From: a virus
Reading direction: 5' to 3' (one strand)
DNA: 64,000 nt
Virus record (IMG/VR): IMGVR_UViG_3300047554_000471
Location: 5,592 to 69,591 of that record
Below the pieces are notes generated by a model. It was not told the DNA's origin. It ran no database searches and was given only the letters and a program-made list of their open reading frames with translations. Made by a program: the position numbers and the translations under genes. Of the stretch, positions 1-10,323 are shown one piece after another. Each line of letters opens with the position of its first letter. Position 1 is the stretch's first letter.

Positions 1-3000
1 CAAACAGCTGTTGGTACTCAGTATAAGGATTGGGACGATTTATTATCATCCACATCTCAGACCTCAGAAGATATCATAAAGACTCTTCTTAGTAGTTCTT
101 TCTTAGAGGGCATCAACCTTAACATTGATTTTAGGCACTTTAATAATCATATCCAATTTGGATCAGCTACCGAGCGCTTATTAAACTTTAAATATAAAAT
201 GCAGTTGATAGAGTCTTATGACTCTAGAATTGCTGCACTAACTACGGATCTTACGGGTTTACCTAGTAGTAGTGTTTCAAGTAGTACTTACTTTCAAACA
301 AATATTACAGATACAAAAACAAAGAAAGCGGCTTTGTTGGGGTCTATGGACTCGTATGAAAAATACTTGTTCTATCAATCTAGTAGTTATGTGACAAACA
401 GCTTTGGAGAGTTTTACCCATCTACATGGCCAAAATCAAATAGCACAAAACCATACACAAACTATGCAGTAACATCTTCACAAGTTGAGGAGTGGTTTGA
501 TGGAATTTATTCTAGTGCTAGCTTATACGATCAAAATAACCAATCTGCTTTATACAAGCTTATTCCTGCCCACGTACTAGAAGATAGTGTTAATGAGGAG
601 TATGTATTGTTTACGCATATGATTGGTCATTACTATGACCTCATGTTTGCTTACATCAAGCACATGACTAAGTTACACACTCGTGAGGAATCTATATTAG
701 AGGGCTTCAGCAAAGACTTGATTTATCACGTTGGTAAGAACCTGGGTATAGATTTTGAAAATGGTAACAGCTTAAAGGAATTGTGGGATTATGCTTTAGG
801 TACTAGTGTATCCGGATCGTTAGCATCGACTTATAGTATAACCAGCGAGGATAAGACAAAAGAGACTTGGAAGCGTATTATCAATAACCTCCCATACCTC
901 TTGAAAACAAAAGGTACGGAGCGTGGTATTAGAGCATTAATTAACTGCTTTGGTATTCCGCAGACGATTCTGAGAATCCGTGAATATGGAGGTGCTGAAC
1001 CAGAGTTTGATACAAAAACTGACTGGGTTCATGAGCGCTTTAATTATTCAACTACAATTGGGTATAATGGTCAAACATCAGGTAACCCAATACAAGCAGT
1101 TAAAGCTGATTGGGATGCTATAGGATCACAATCGTTATATCCAAACACAATCGAAGTACGAGCTAAGATGGCTGTCAGCCAATCTAAAGTACAACGATTG
1201 ATGGAGAAATCCGGATCGTGGTATTTGGAAGCTTCAATGTCTGGAGCATCTCAATACTTAAAATTGTATGTGGGTAATAATGGTGGTTCTACATCTACAT
1301 GGGGAGCTTCTACAGCATGGGCAACTGCAAGTGTTAGTTGTTCTGTGTACGATGGTGAGTGGTATCATATTGCGGTTAAAAGATCACAACCGACTAATAC
1401 GGATACTGTTTCACAAACCTACACCTTAGTTGTTAAAAAAGCAAAATACGAGAAAGTTGTATTTTCACAAAGTGCGTCGATTAGTGTTAATGGATCAACA
1501 AGCCAATCATACAATAATGGATGGACAACTTCTCACATCTCGAGTAGCAACTTATGGTTACCTGGAACTGGATCTTATACGATAGCACAGAGTCATTCTG
1601 CTAATCTTTGGACTGGTTCAATACAAGAGTTGAGATACTGGAGTGAGCCACTTCAAGACAGTATTCTTGACAATCACACACTAGCTCCGACTAGCTATCA
1701 GGGTAACTTAGCAGACACCTATACGGGTAGCACTTCTAGTTTTTACACACTATTAATGCGTCATCCGTTAGGAGCTGACAACAAAAAATTAACGCTTACT
1801 GGTAGTAATGGTTTGGTAGTATCATCATCACATCCAAATCAACAATATAAAACAAGTACTAACCTATACGCTTACAATTTTAGTGGATCAATACACAAAT
1901 CAAACGTTGAGATTCACTCAATGGAGTGGCCTGATTTAGGAACAAATAGGCAAGTTGGTAACAAGATAAGAATTGACGAAACCTTCTTAGCAGGAGATAC
2001 TCAACTTTATAGAGATAACAAGGCTGAGAGATCGTTAACAGACAACTATCCCGCTGATACACCGCGATTAGGAGTTTACCTTTCTCCAGTAAACGAAGTC
2101 AATCAAGATATTGCGGAACAGTTTGGTGGTCTTAGTATTGATGATTTTATAGGTACTCCTGGAGACTTGAACAAAGATCATTATCCAGACTTAGAGAATC
2201 TGCAATATGAGTATTTGAAAAAATACACAATAGGCAGATACAGACCACAAAATTATATAAGACTTATACAACACTTTGATTCAGCTTTATTTCAGTTGAT
2301 TAAGAAGTTTGTACCACATCGTGCTAATACACAAGTTGGTTTTGTAATAGAACCAAACATATTAACTAGAAGTAAGATTGCAACAAAGCTGCCGACTTTC
2401 GAAGAAAACCACTACAGTTCTTCTTTGGATGTTGGACCAGAAACATATATTACACCAGGTGGTTTTGTTCAAGATGGTGATGGTGAACCATTCCGTGATG
2501 GATCGGGTTATGTACAAGAGGGTACTATTGGTGGTGATGAATCAGATTATATTACGTTAGGTGGTGATCAACAAAGTATATCGGAGTTCAATGATGTTAT
2601 ATCATATCCAACTTACGAGTATGAGTCACCTCGCAGAGATATAGAGAGTTTACCAGCCTTTGAGGATACAGAAATTGACTTTGTAGTCTTGGATGGTACC
2701 AATTTAGAAACTACACCAGATTTTGCTTCAAGCTACGCAAATGAATTTACTAGAGTAGGAGTCGATGATAATCCATCTACTAGTGGAAGTATGGCTGGTG
2801 AAGCTAAAACAAGAACTACTGCATATGGTAGAGATTTAATTGCTGATGGATCTCAATATGTATTCACAAGCTATTATCAAAGTGGAAGTGGAGCAGGATT
2901 AGCATGGATACCATTTACTAGTAGTCGATATGACTACCATGAACCATATAGTCCAGTTATCATGGATAACACTCCAAGTAACATTTCAAATGTTAGTGGT

Positions 3001-3804
3001 GATATATACGACATCGACATATATGGTGGAAAAGCTTTTAGCAATCATACTGCATATTCTAGTATAGCAACTAGTGCGACAAATACAAAAATAACATCAA
3101 GCGCTGCGTGGGATGAAAACGCATGGTTATCACAATATGGACTACAGATCAGATCCTTATACTCAACTACAACAGCACTTGATCCAGTGTCCGGATCTGT
3201 TGCGGTAGGTTATTGGAGTTTAGCTGGCACAACCTATGATCCTAATGTTAGAGGATTGCATTTTTATCAAGCAGCTTCAACAGGAACACCAATAACAGCA
3301 TCTTTAAGATTACCAGCATTCTTTTACAATGAGGATGATCCAAAAACAAAAAATTATATTTACGAAATTACCATAAGCACAGATGAGACTGGCACTGGTG
3401 TAACGAACTATTTAGAGTTGCATTTTGGCGATCTAGATTGTGGCTTAACTGGATCAGTAACCCCAACCTCAACCCAGACAGATGTTGTGTTTACAACTTC
3501 AGCACTCGGTAATTGGTTAGGCTTAAGGTTGTATATTGGTGGTAGTCTAAGTGGTACATCGACGTGGATACCAAAATTAAAAGTAAGATGCTTAAACTAT
3601 CGAGCAGATGTACAAGATTTTCACTTACGTGATAGTTATGGTATGAGGAATGCTCGCTACGACGGTTGTAAAATGTCATCAACAGATTGGAATATTAATA
3701 GTCCCGATACCTCTGATGGAGGTCCAGTAGTACAAGTAACAGTTGGTGGTGGTAAGCAATTAGGTGTAAAACCAAACGTCAAGGGAACTTTCGAAATAAA
3801 GTAA
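1..3804 (+). CDS. Large baseplate wedge-like virion protein with LamG/ConA-like domain (5'-truncated by window edge)
   Basis: Frame is open from base 1 (QTAVGTQYKDW...) through the ATG at 199 to TAA 3804. LLKTKGTERGIRALINCFG resembles baseplate wedge proteins; YDGEWYHIAV and GSIQELRYW are LamG-like; S/T-rich. Confidence 0.65.
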   Translation, partial: QTAVGTQYKDWDDLLSSTSQTSEDIIKTLLSSSFLEGINLNIDFRHFNNHIQFGSATERLLNFKYKMQLIESYDSRIAALTTDLTGLPSSSVSSSTYFQTNITDTKTKKAALLGSMDSYEKYLFYQSSSYVTNSFGEFYPSTWPKSNSTKPYTNYAVTSSQVEEWFDGIYSSASLYDQNNQSALYKLIPAHVLEDSVNEEYVLFTHMIGHYYDLMFAYIKHMTKLHTREESILEGFSKDLIYHVGKNLGIDFENGNSLKELWDYALGTSVSGSLASTYSITSEDKTKETWKRIINNLPYLLKTKGTERGIRALINCFGIPQTILRIREYGGAEPEFDTKTDWVHERFNYSTTIGYNGQTSGNPIQAVKADWDAIGSQSLYPNTIEVRAKMAVSQSKVQRLMEKSGSWYLEASMSGASQYLKLYVGNNGGSTSTWGASTAWATASVSCSVYDGEWYHIAVKRSQPTNTDTVSQTYTLVVKKAKYEKVVFSQSASISVNGSTSQSYNNGWTTSHISSSNLWLPGTGSYTIAQSHSANLWTGSIQELRYWSEPLQDSILDNHTLAPTSYQGNLADTYTGSTSSFYTLLMRHPLGADNKKLTLTGSNGLVVSSSHPNQQYKTSTNLYAYNFSGSIHKSNVEIHSMEWPDLGTNRQVGNKIRIDETFLAGDTQLYRDNKAERSLTDNYPADTPRLGVYLSPVNEVNQDIAEQFGGLSIDDFIGTPGDLNKDHYPDLENLQYEYLKKYTIGRYRPQNYIRLIQHFDSALFQLIKKFVPHRANTQVGFVIEPNILTRSKIATKLPTFEENHYSSSLDVGPETYITPGGFVQDGDGEPFRDGSGYVQEGTIGGDESDYITLGGDQQSISEFNDVISYPTYEYESPRRDIESLPAFEDTEIDFVVLDGTNLETTPDFASSYANEFTRVGVDDNPSTSGSMAGEAKTRTTAYGRDLIADGSQYVFTSYYQSGSGAGLAWIPFTSSRYDYHEPYSPVIMDNTPSNISNVSGDIYDIDIYGGKAFSNHTAYSSIATSATNTKITSSAAWDENAWLSQYGLQIRSLYSTTTALDPVSGSVAVGYWSLAGTTYDPNVRGLHFYQAASTGTPITASLRLPAFFYNEDDPKTKNYIYEITISTDETGTGVTNYLELHFGDLDCGLTGSVTPTSTQTDVVFTTSALGNWLGLRLYIGGSLSGTSTWIPKLKVRCLNYRADVQDFHLRDSYGMRNARYDGCKMSSTDWNINSPDTSDGGPVVQVTVGGGKQLGVKPNVKGTFEIK

Positions 3805-3845
3805 GATTTACAAAACAAGACATATTTATATAAAAACAAATAGCA

Positions 3846-4601
3846 ATGGGATACTTAGATAATTCAACCGTCACAGTAGATGCTATTCTTACGAATAAGG
3901 GTCGTGAGATTTTAGCAGGTGGTGGTAAATTAAACATCACAAAATTCGCGTTATCTGACGACGAAGTCGACTACGACTTATGGAATCCGGCTCACACTCT
4001 GGGTACAAACTACTATGGAGCTGTGATTGAAAACATGCCGGTATTAGAAGCGTTGCCTGATGAAACTCAAATGTTACGTTACAAGCTTGTAACTCTTCCA
4101 AAAGATGTTATAGGTATTCCAGTAATTAGCGTTTCACCAACGGCAGTAAGCTTCACATCACTCAAACAAGAGATTGTAGTTAGTCCAGCTACCCTTAACT
4201 TGGCAGGAGGAAACGACTCACTAGGTTATACAGCGATCTTAGCAGACGACACTGTTGCGACACTAGAGGTTGCTGCAGATGGAGGTGTTTCAAAAGCACC
4301 ATCTAACACTTCACCAGTAGGACTTAACCCAGAAGTATTAGCTGCAAATGCAAATGCATCCGGTGTATCAAGTTTCTTAGATGATGAGGTTACTAGTGTA
4401 ACAACTGCAGGTAAGACAATCGTTAGAGTTGGTAAGAAGTTTGTATTGAAACCTAAAGCTCAAGCAAACTTAACAACAATCAAGCGTACATTATTAACAA
4501 TCATTGGTAACGAAACCGGTGGATTCAAGACTGTATCAGTATCAGTTGATCCTACAAACTTCGCTGCTCTTGATATTCAAGTAGGATTAGCAAATAAGTA
4601 A
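3846..4601 (+). CDS. Virion structural protein (baseplate/fibre-attachment type)
   Basis: 251-aa ORF after TATTTATA motif; AILTNKGREILA...ITKFALSD resembles N-termini of tail-collar/baseplate proteins. Confidence 0.55.
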   Translation: MGYLDNSTVTVDAILTNKGREILAGGGKLNITKFALSDDEVDYDLWNPAHTLGTNYYGAVIENMPVLEALPDETQMLRYKLVTLPKDVIGIPVISVSPTAVSFTSLKQEIVVSPATLNLAGGNDSLGYTAILADDTVATLEVAADGGVSKAPSNTSPVGLNPEVLAANANASGVSSFLDDEVTSVTTAGKTIVRVGKKFVLKPKAQANLTTIKRTLLTIIGNETGGFKTVSVSVDPTNFAALDIQVGLANK

Positions 4602-4607
4602 TAGACA

Positions 4608-5690
4608 ATGGCAGAAATATATAAAATCTTCACGCAAGACGATATCGTACCAGGAGACGTTCAAACGATCTCTCAGCCAGTTTGGTCTGAAAACATCAAC
4701 CCATTATCAGCTTCAGCTGCATATTCAGGAGTAGGATTCTTTACATCCTCTACGCAGATGTCTCAATCAGGAGACTACTACATGAATGTGTATCACAGAA
4801 ACCCACAATCAGCAACCAATGCAGCTGTACAATTTGCAATTGCATATGGTCACAGACAGGGTAGCGGTTCTTATGGTGATTCAAACACTGTAGGAAACAA
4901 CTCAAACGATACACCAACAAGAGCTATCTACTCGCAATATCGTAATATGCTTCTTCCTCCTACGGATAATGTGTTTACAATCAATAGCTCTTCAGCAAAC
5001 GAGATTATTGTAATTAATGTAGCTCGTTCAAGATTCCGTCAAAAGATCGATCCAGGAAACTGGGAATTAAGAATCGGATCTGGTTCAAATGCTACATATA
5101 CGGGTAACAACTTTACATCTAGTTACCTAAGCTTTGTTGATGCAAGTGGTCAAGGTGATTCACCAACAATCAACGAAGCAGGCCGTGTATTTGGAATCTA
5201 CTCAGGTTCTGGTGGCGTAACAGCCTCTAATACTCAGTATGGATTATTCTATCCAGACCAGGGTGTATTTGTATTCCATGCAGGTTTATTAAGAGCTACT
5301 GGAGCGACAGGATGTGGTATTCCATTCAACAGTGCATCTGCAACAACATTAGCAGCAGCTGCAACACAACCAAGAAACCACGTAACGATGTCGTTGAGAA
5401 TCTCAGGTTCTAGCTACTTTGCAGCTAGAAGCGAAGAGAAGGTAACATCAACACATTACTTTGTTCGTGTAACCAACAAACAATTTAACTTCTCAAACAA
5501 TCCAACATTTGTAACTGGAAGCACAGGAACATTCCTACATGCTAGCATGTTAAGAAATCCAAGCGTTTACATTACAACAATTGGAATGTATGACGATAGA
5601 AACCGTTTAGTAGCAGTAGCCAAGTTGAGTAAGCCATTGTTGAAGTCATTCAACCGAGAAGCTCTTATTAAGGTTAAATTAGACTACTAA
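4608..5690 (+). CDS. Virion structural (baseplate) protein
   Basis: 360 aa; C-terminal YITTIGMYDDRNRLVAVAKLSKP...KLDY is paralogous to the C-terminus of 7297..8952. Confidence 0.6.
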   Translation: MAEIYKIFTQDDIVPGDVQTISQPVWSENINPLSASAAYSGVGFFTSSTQMSQSGDYYMNVYHRNPQSATNAAVQFAIAYGHRQGSGSYGDSNTVGNNSNDTPTRAIYSQYRNMLLPPTDNVFTINSSSANEIIVINVARSRFRQKIDPGNWELRIGSGSNATYTGNNFTSSYLSFVDASGQGDSPTINEAGRVFGIYSGSGGVTASNTQYGLFYPDQGVFVFHAGLLRATGATGCGIPFNSASATTLAAAATQPRNHVTMSLRISGSSYFAARSEEKVTSTHYFVRVTNKQFNFSNNPTFVTGSTGTFLHASMLRNPSVYITTIGMYDDRNRLVAVAKLSKPLLKSFNREALIKVKLDY

Positions 5691-5707
5691 TTTTTAAATT
5701 CAAAACG

Positions 5708-5741
5708 GAACCCTCTACCTAAAGTGGAGGGTTTCTTTTTT
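5708..5741 (+). terminator. Rho-independent terminator
   Basis: AACCCTCTAC/GTGGAGGGTT stem followed by TCTTTTTT. Confidence 0.8.
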
Positions 5742-5758
5742 GGCCATATTTATATACA

Positions 5759-7300
5759 ATGGCAGGAATCTTTAAAAGTCTAGACAAATCAGATGTACGA
5801 ATTACACCATTTCGCACACACAAATTGTGGGCGGAAAATGTAAGCTACACTAAGCTAGAGATAACTGGCTCGATGTCTAATTCATCTAGTTACACGAATC
5901 TTCAAGCACCGTATGCAACAACAATATACCCAGTAGATCCAGTAAACATATTATATTATGTTGTAAGTGGTAGCAATGAGATAGTTGGGTGTGTTGAGGT
6001 TGATGTGGATACTTTTGAACCTACATACAAATCATCTGACATTTTGGATTTGAGTGGAACGACACTTGTAGGAAATAAGTATCTTGCTGGAGTGCTAGAT
6101 GATACTGATCAGGAGGGTCCTAGCAGGGTTATAGCAGTATCAACTGATGGCGTTGATACAACAATACATCAGATGCAATACGACTTTGGGTCTATTTTTG
6201 GAACGCCTTATGTAATTCCTGGTGGACTAGATGGTAATTATATTAATCGAATAGATTATTACCCATTTGCAAATTCAGCACCAGTTAGTAAGGCGATGCT
6301 ACTAGTATCACACAATCAGGTTGGTACTTTTACTGGTTTGATAGCGTTTGAATTAGATGGTGGTCATAATATCCAAAATTCTTACAATATTCCATATCAA
6401 GAACCATCTAACCCAGTACTCCCACCTTATTGGGGTGCTGATAGTGATTACCGAGGAGATTACTACGCAGCAATTCCCGCTGCAGATCCTAATATCTCAC
6501 AAGGTAGAATTCATGCTATATATAAAGGTGCTGACTTACGTTTAACAGCAGCTAATATAGAGCTACAAGGTTTTGGTGCTGCATACTCATCCTCATATAC
6601 AACAGTTGCAAAACTTGGCATAAATGAACACACAACGACTGGTGTAGTAGATATTGAAGGATCTGCAGGATTCGCTTACTTTACATTACAAGGCCAAAAT
6701 AACATATATGCTTCAAGTTTCGATATTAGTCTCATTAACTACTTAGCTACCGGAACTCCCATAGCACGACTATTATGCGATCGTGATATGGTTCGATACG
6801 ATACTGCTTATAGCATGATTACACAACAAGCTAATAGCAATAACACAATAAATAATATCATCGCCGTACTTGAGGATGGTACAATTTTAACAAATATAAA
6901 AGCTGGTCAGTTCGATGCGCAGTTCAGCTATGAGGTAGTGGATGCAAGACAGTATGTTGGTGCTGGTAGTAAAATTACAAACGCTACAATCAATAAGAAT
7001 GTTGATTTAGTTAGTTCTGGTAGTGCTTCTTTATTGCATGTTTGGGTTGAATCAACAACAAAAGGAAAATCTTCTATGTTTGTTGTCAACCTCGACACCA
7101 ATGAAATACAAGACCCAATTCATGTAGGGTTTTTAAGCAACGCATCGCAACCATTATTTGGAAGTCAGCAAAGTGGTAGTAGTATGTTTACGGCAGATAA
7201 TAGAACAACATCGGTATTAGGATTGACACAAAATCTTTACGAAATAAACCCAACTACGGGAGTACAATCACGATATCTATATAAGTTTGACGTACAATGA
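5759..7300 (+). CDS. Putative virion structural protein
   Basis: 513 aa, beta-rich composition, preceded by TATTTATA, ATGA overlap with the next gene. Confidence 0.5.
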   Translation: MAGIFKSLDKSDVRITPFRTHKLWAENVSYTKLEITGSMSNSSSYTNLQAPYATTIYPVDPVNILYYVVSGSNEIVGCVEVDVDTFEPTYKSSDILDLSGTTLVGNKYLAGVLDDTDQEGPSRVIAVSTDGVDTTIHQMQYDFGSIFGTPYVIPGGLDGNYINRIDYYPFANSAPVSKAMLLVSHNQVGTFTGLIAFELDGGHNIQNSYNIPYQEPSNPVLPPYWGADSDYRGDYYAAIPAADPNISQGRIHAIYKGADLRLTAANIELQGFGAAYSSSYTTVAKLGINEHTTTGVVDIEGSAGFAYFTLQGQNNIYASSFDISLINYLATGTPIARLLCDRDMVRYDTAYSMITQQANSNNTINNIIAVLEDGTILTNIKAGQFDAQFSYEVVDARQYVGAGSKITNATINKNVDLVSSGSASLLHVWVESTTKGKSSMFVVNLDTNEIQDPIHVGFLSNASQPLFGSQQSGSSMFTADNRTTSVLGLTQNLYEINPTTGVQSRYLYKFDVQ

Positions 7301-8952
7301 TTAACGACATCTACACAATATACAGAGCAGATTACAATCCTATAGCAGCCTATAAGGAACAAAACCCGCTTGATGTCAACTTTGATCAGGGAAACATCCA
7401 ACTACACAACGACGAACCAATTACATCAAACGGAAAGTATCAGCGTATAGTTCATAGATCGATTGATCACCTCTATTATAGAGACTTTTATGGTAATACT
7501 AAAGCCTCATTTGGTAGTGGTAATATTAATAAGCAATTTCGCTTACTAGAGGATCAAGCTTATGTGATAAGCATACCTCAGTCAAAATTTGGCGAAGCTA
7601 TAATGACCGATTCGGTTGTAGTAGATGCAGACTGCTATATGATTCCGGTGAGTGGTGCTTACTCAGGAAGTATGATAAACACAAGCTGGACTCTTAAAGA
7701 TGACAGCTTAGGTAACTTATATATCTCTGGTAGTAGCTTTTATTCTCCATATGGAAAGTTTATCGGAGGTGCTGCTACAAACTACACAACTTCCATTGAT
7801 AGAGCATTAGTTGGGGAATGGCCATCGGAGTTAGTATATAGATACGTTAATGCAGGAAGAGTGTCATTTACTAGCAGTTTTAATCCAGGCTTATGGTCAA
7901 TGGAATCTAACTACCAAAATGTAGAGAGTGCATATCAATCTGGATCAACACCACAATTATCGGAAAAAGACTTTTTAGGTGCGGCATGGCATTTTACGGC
8001 TAGCTTATCTTCAAGCATATTGATTAAACCAAACGCTGTTTCAGAATATAATCATGCATACAATTTTGAGAATAGTCCATTTGCTATCAGTATGGTTATT
8101 ATTCCAAGTAAGATGCCACAACACGTTTCAGGTTCAATGTTGATATCAAAGCAAGGTCCAGTAGAAGACTTACGCATTGATGAGAATGGTAATGTGTTTA
8201 CACAGCCAATTCCAAATAGATCACCATACAGATTGTACGTTACATCGGGAAGTAATAAAATAGCTTTTGAGAAGGATACAGGATCTGAGTTATTTTACTT
8301 AACTAGCTCAGCAACTATTGAACAAGATAAGATGTATCATGTTGCTGTGAGTAAAACTGGCTCACTTGTAACACTACACGTTAATAGTGCTTATAGCTGT
8401 TCAATCAACTCAGGGTCTTACACATTCTTAGAAAAGGAAGCATCAAACCTATCAAATATCTATGTTGGTAACTCTTATCAAATGGATAGAGGTTTCAATG
8501 GAATTATTGATAATGTAAAATTATACAGAGAAGCTTTAAATAACACGGAGGTAGATGTTTTATTTCATACAGCTGGTGTAGGTAACCTATTAATGGGTAA
8601 TGTTTTTTACAATCATGGAATGATGGTGCTAGGAGCTATCCCAAGCAAATTCTGCTCAATAACCAATGTCGACTGTAGAGGTACTCATACCATATGGGAA
8701 ACCGAAATATCATGCACAGTTGGACCGGGTGAATTTGGTATGAGCTGCAACCCAACATTACAATATTACAACGCAGCACACAACCAATATGAATACAAAC
8801 CTTTCGTAACTGGATCAAGTTTCAAGCCGTTTGTTACCTCTATAGGATTGTATGATGACTACGGAAGAATGGTTGCAATAGCCAAACTTAATACACCAAT
8901 ACAAACACCAGATAATGTTGACACAACCTTTGTTATTAGGTTAGATCGATAA
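7297..8952 (+). CDS. Baseplate-associated protein with LamG/ConA-like domain
   Basis: MYHVAVSK and FNGIIDNVKLY are LamG-like; C-terminal FVTSIGLYDDYGRMVAIAKL domain shared with 4608..5690. Confidence 0.6.
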   Translation: MINDIYTIYRADYNPIAAYKEQNPLDVNFDQGNIQLHNDEPITSNGKYQRIVHRSIDHLYYRDFYGNTKASFGSGNINKQFRLLEDQAYVISIPQSKFGEAIMTDSVVVDADCYMIPVSGAYSGSMINTSWTLKDDSLGNLYISGSSFYSPYGKFIGGAATNYTTSIDRALVGEWPSELVYRYVNAGRVSFTSSFNPGLWSMESNYQNVESAYQSGSTPQLSEKDFLGAAWHFTASLSSSILIKPNAVSEYNHAYNFENSPFAISMVIIPSKMPQHVSGSMLISKQGPVEDLRIDENGNVFTQPIPNRSPYRLYVTSGSNKIAFEKDTGSELFYLTSSATIEQDKMYHVAVSKTGSLVTLHVNSAYSCSINSGSYTFLEKEASNLSNIYVGNSYQMDRGFNGIIDNVKLYREALNNTEVDVLFHTAGVGNLLMGNVFYNHGMMVLGAIPSKFCSITNVDCRGTHTIWETEISCTVGPGEFGMSCNPTLQYYNAAHNQYEYKPFVTGSSFKPFVTSIGLYDDYGRMVAIAKLNTPIQTPDNVDTTFVIRLDR

Positions 8953-8961
8953 ATAATAGTT

Positions 8962-9363
8962 ATGGCAAGAAAGCGTTACACAAAGACACAAGCCGCAAAG
9001 GTTAAAGGATACCGTAGTGGTCTTGAAGTAGATTTAGATGAATCTCTCAAACAGAGAGGAATCGATGGCGAGTACGAACAGCATAAAATTAAGTACATCA
9101 AGCCAGCAACCAATCACACCTACACACCTGACTTTAGATTACCAAACGGAATCTTTATAGAAACTAAGGGTAGATTTGTTGCAGAGGACAGAAAAAAGCA
9201 TATATTAATAAAGGATCAGTGTCCTGAGTTAGATATTCGCTTTGTATTCCAAAATTCAAAAAACAAACTTCGTAAAGGATCAAAAACGACATACGCCGAT
9301 TGGTGTGTTAAGTACGGGTTCAAATACGCTGATAAAGAAATTCCAACAGACTGGTTCAATTAA
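8962..9363 (+). CDS. T7 endonuclease I-like Holliday junction resolvase
   Basis: GYRSGLE, YTPDFRLPNGIFIETKGRF (PD-(D/E)xK), TYADWC: typical endonuclease I motifs. Confidence 0.9.
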   Translation: MARKRYTKTQAAKVKGYRSGLEVDLDESLKQRGIDGEYEQHKIKYIKPATNHTYTPDFRLPNGIFIETKGRFVAEDRKKHILIKDQCPELDIRFVFQNSKNKLRKGSKTTYADWCVKYGFKYADKEIPTDWFN

Positions 9364-9364
9364 T

Positions 9365-9395
9365 TTTGCTGATTGAAATAAAAGTCGTATAGTTG
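9365..9395 (+). promoter_or_regulatory. Bacteroidota-type (-33/-7) promoter for primase
   Basis: TTTG (9365-9368), 19 nt, TATAGTTG (9388-9395); consensus is TTTG-N19-21-TAnnTTTG. Same arrangement at 62329-62359. Confidence 0.6.
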
Positions 9396-9399
9396 GAAT

Positions 9400-10323
9400 A
9401 TGAGTGTAAACCTATTACAAGCAAAACACTTACTGGATGATCATTTAGGATCGAGCGTACAGCATCGAAAGGATGGCGAAATGAGTTATCATTGTCCATT
9501 CTGCAATCACTATAAACCAAAATTACAAGTTAACTTAGTCACACAAAAGTGGCACTGTTGGGTTTGTGATAGTAAAGGCCAAACCTTACTATCACTACTC
9601 AAGAAGAGCAATGCTCCATCTCAGACCTTTAAGAAGGTTCGAGAACTATATGGTGATTCAAGACCAAATGCTAAGACAGACTTTGCTAGAGAGATAGTAG
9701 GCTTACCAGAACATTACAAACCACTCTACATTACACAAAACACTCCTGACTATAAGAATGCTCTCCACTACGCTATGAATGTGAGAAAGCTAACTCCGAT
9801 GGACATTCTAAGATATCAAGTAGGTTACTGTGAGGAAGGACCTTATGCAGGTATGTTAATAGTTCCAAGCTATAATGAAGCAGGTTTGTTAAACTACTAT
9901 GTTGGTCGTAGTTTTTATGATACAACCATATCACACAAGAATCCTCCAGTGTCAAAGGACGTTATTGGGCTTGAGAATCAGATCAACTGGAAAGAGCCTA
10001 TAATCATTGTGGAGGGTGTTTATGATGCGATTGCAACTAAGAGAAACGCCATTCCGTTGTTTGGTAAGAAGATATTAAGTAACTTGCGTACAAAGATATT
10101 AACAGAGAAAGTTCAAAGGATTTACCTAGCACTAGATAAAGACGCCTTTAAGGATTCCATTAAAGAGGTTGAGTATTTTCTCAACAACGGAGTAGAGGTA
10201 TACATCATTCAAGTCCCAGGAAAAGATCCAGGTGATGTTGGTTATGAAGTGATGGTGGATTCAATAAATAAAGCGAAGAAAGTAGATTTCTTTGATTTGA
10301 TAACGTATAAGATGATGTTATGA
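9400..10323 (+). CDS. DNA primase (zinc ribbon + TOPRIM)
   Basis: CPFC...WHCWVC zinc domain; IIVEGVYDA and LALDKD TOPRIM motifs. Confidence 0.88.
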   Translation: MSVNLLQAKHLLDDHLGSSVQHRKDGEMSYHCPFCNHYKPKLQVNLVTQKWHCWVCDSKGQTLLSLLKKSNAPSQTFKKVRELYGDSRPNAKTDFAREIVGLPEHYKPLYITQNTPDYKNALHYAMNVRKLTPMDILRYQVGYCEEGPYAGMLIVPSYNEAGLLNYYVGRSFYDTTISHKNPPVSKDVIGLENQINWKEPIIIVEGVYDAIATKRNAIPLFGKKILSNLRTKILTEKVQRIYLALDKDAFKDSIKEVEYFLNNGVEVYIIQVPGKDPGDVGYEVMVDSINKAKKVDFFDLITYKMML

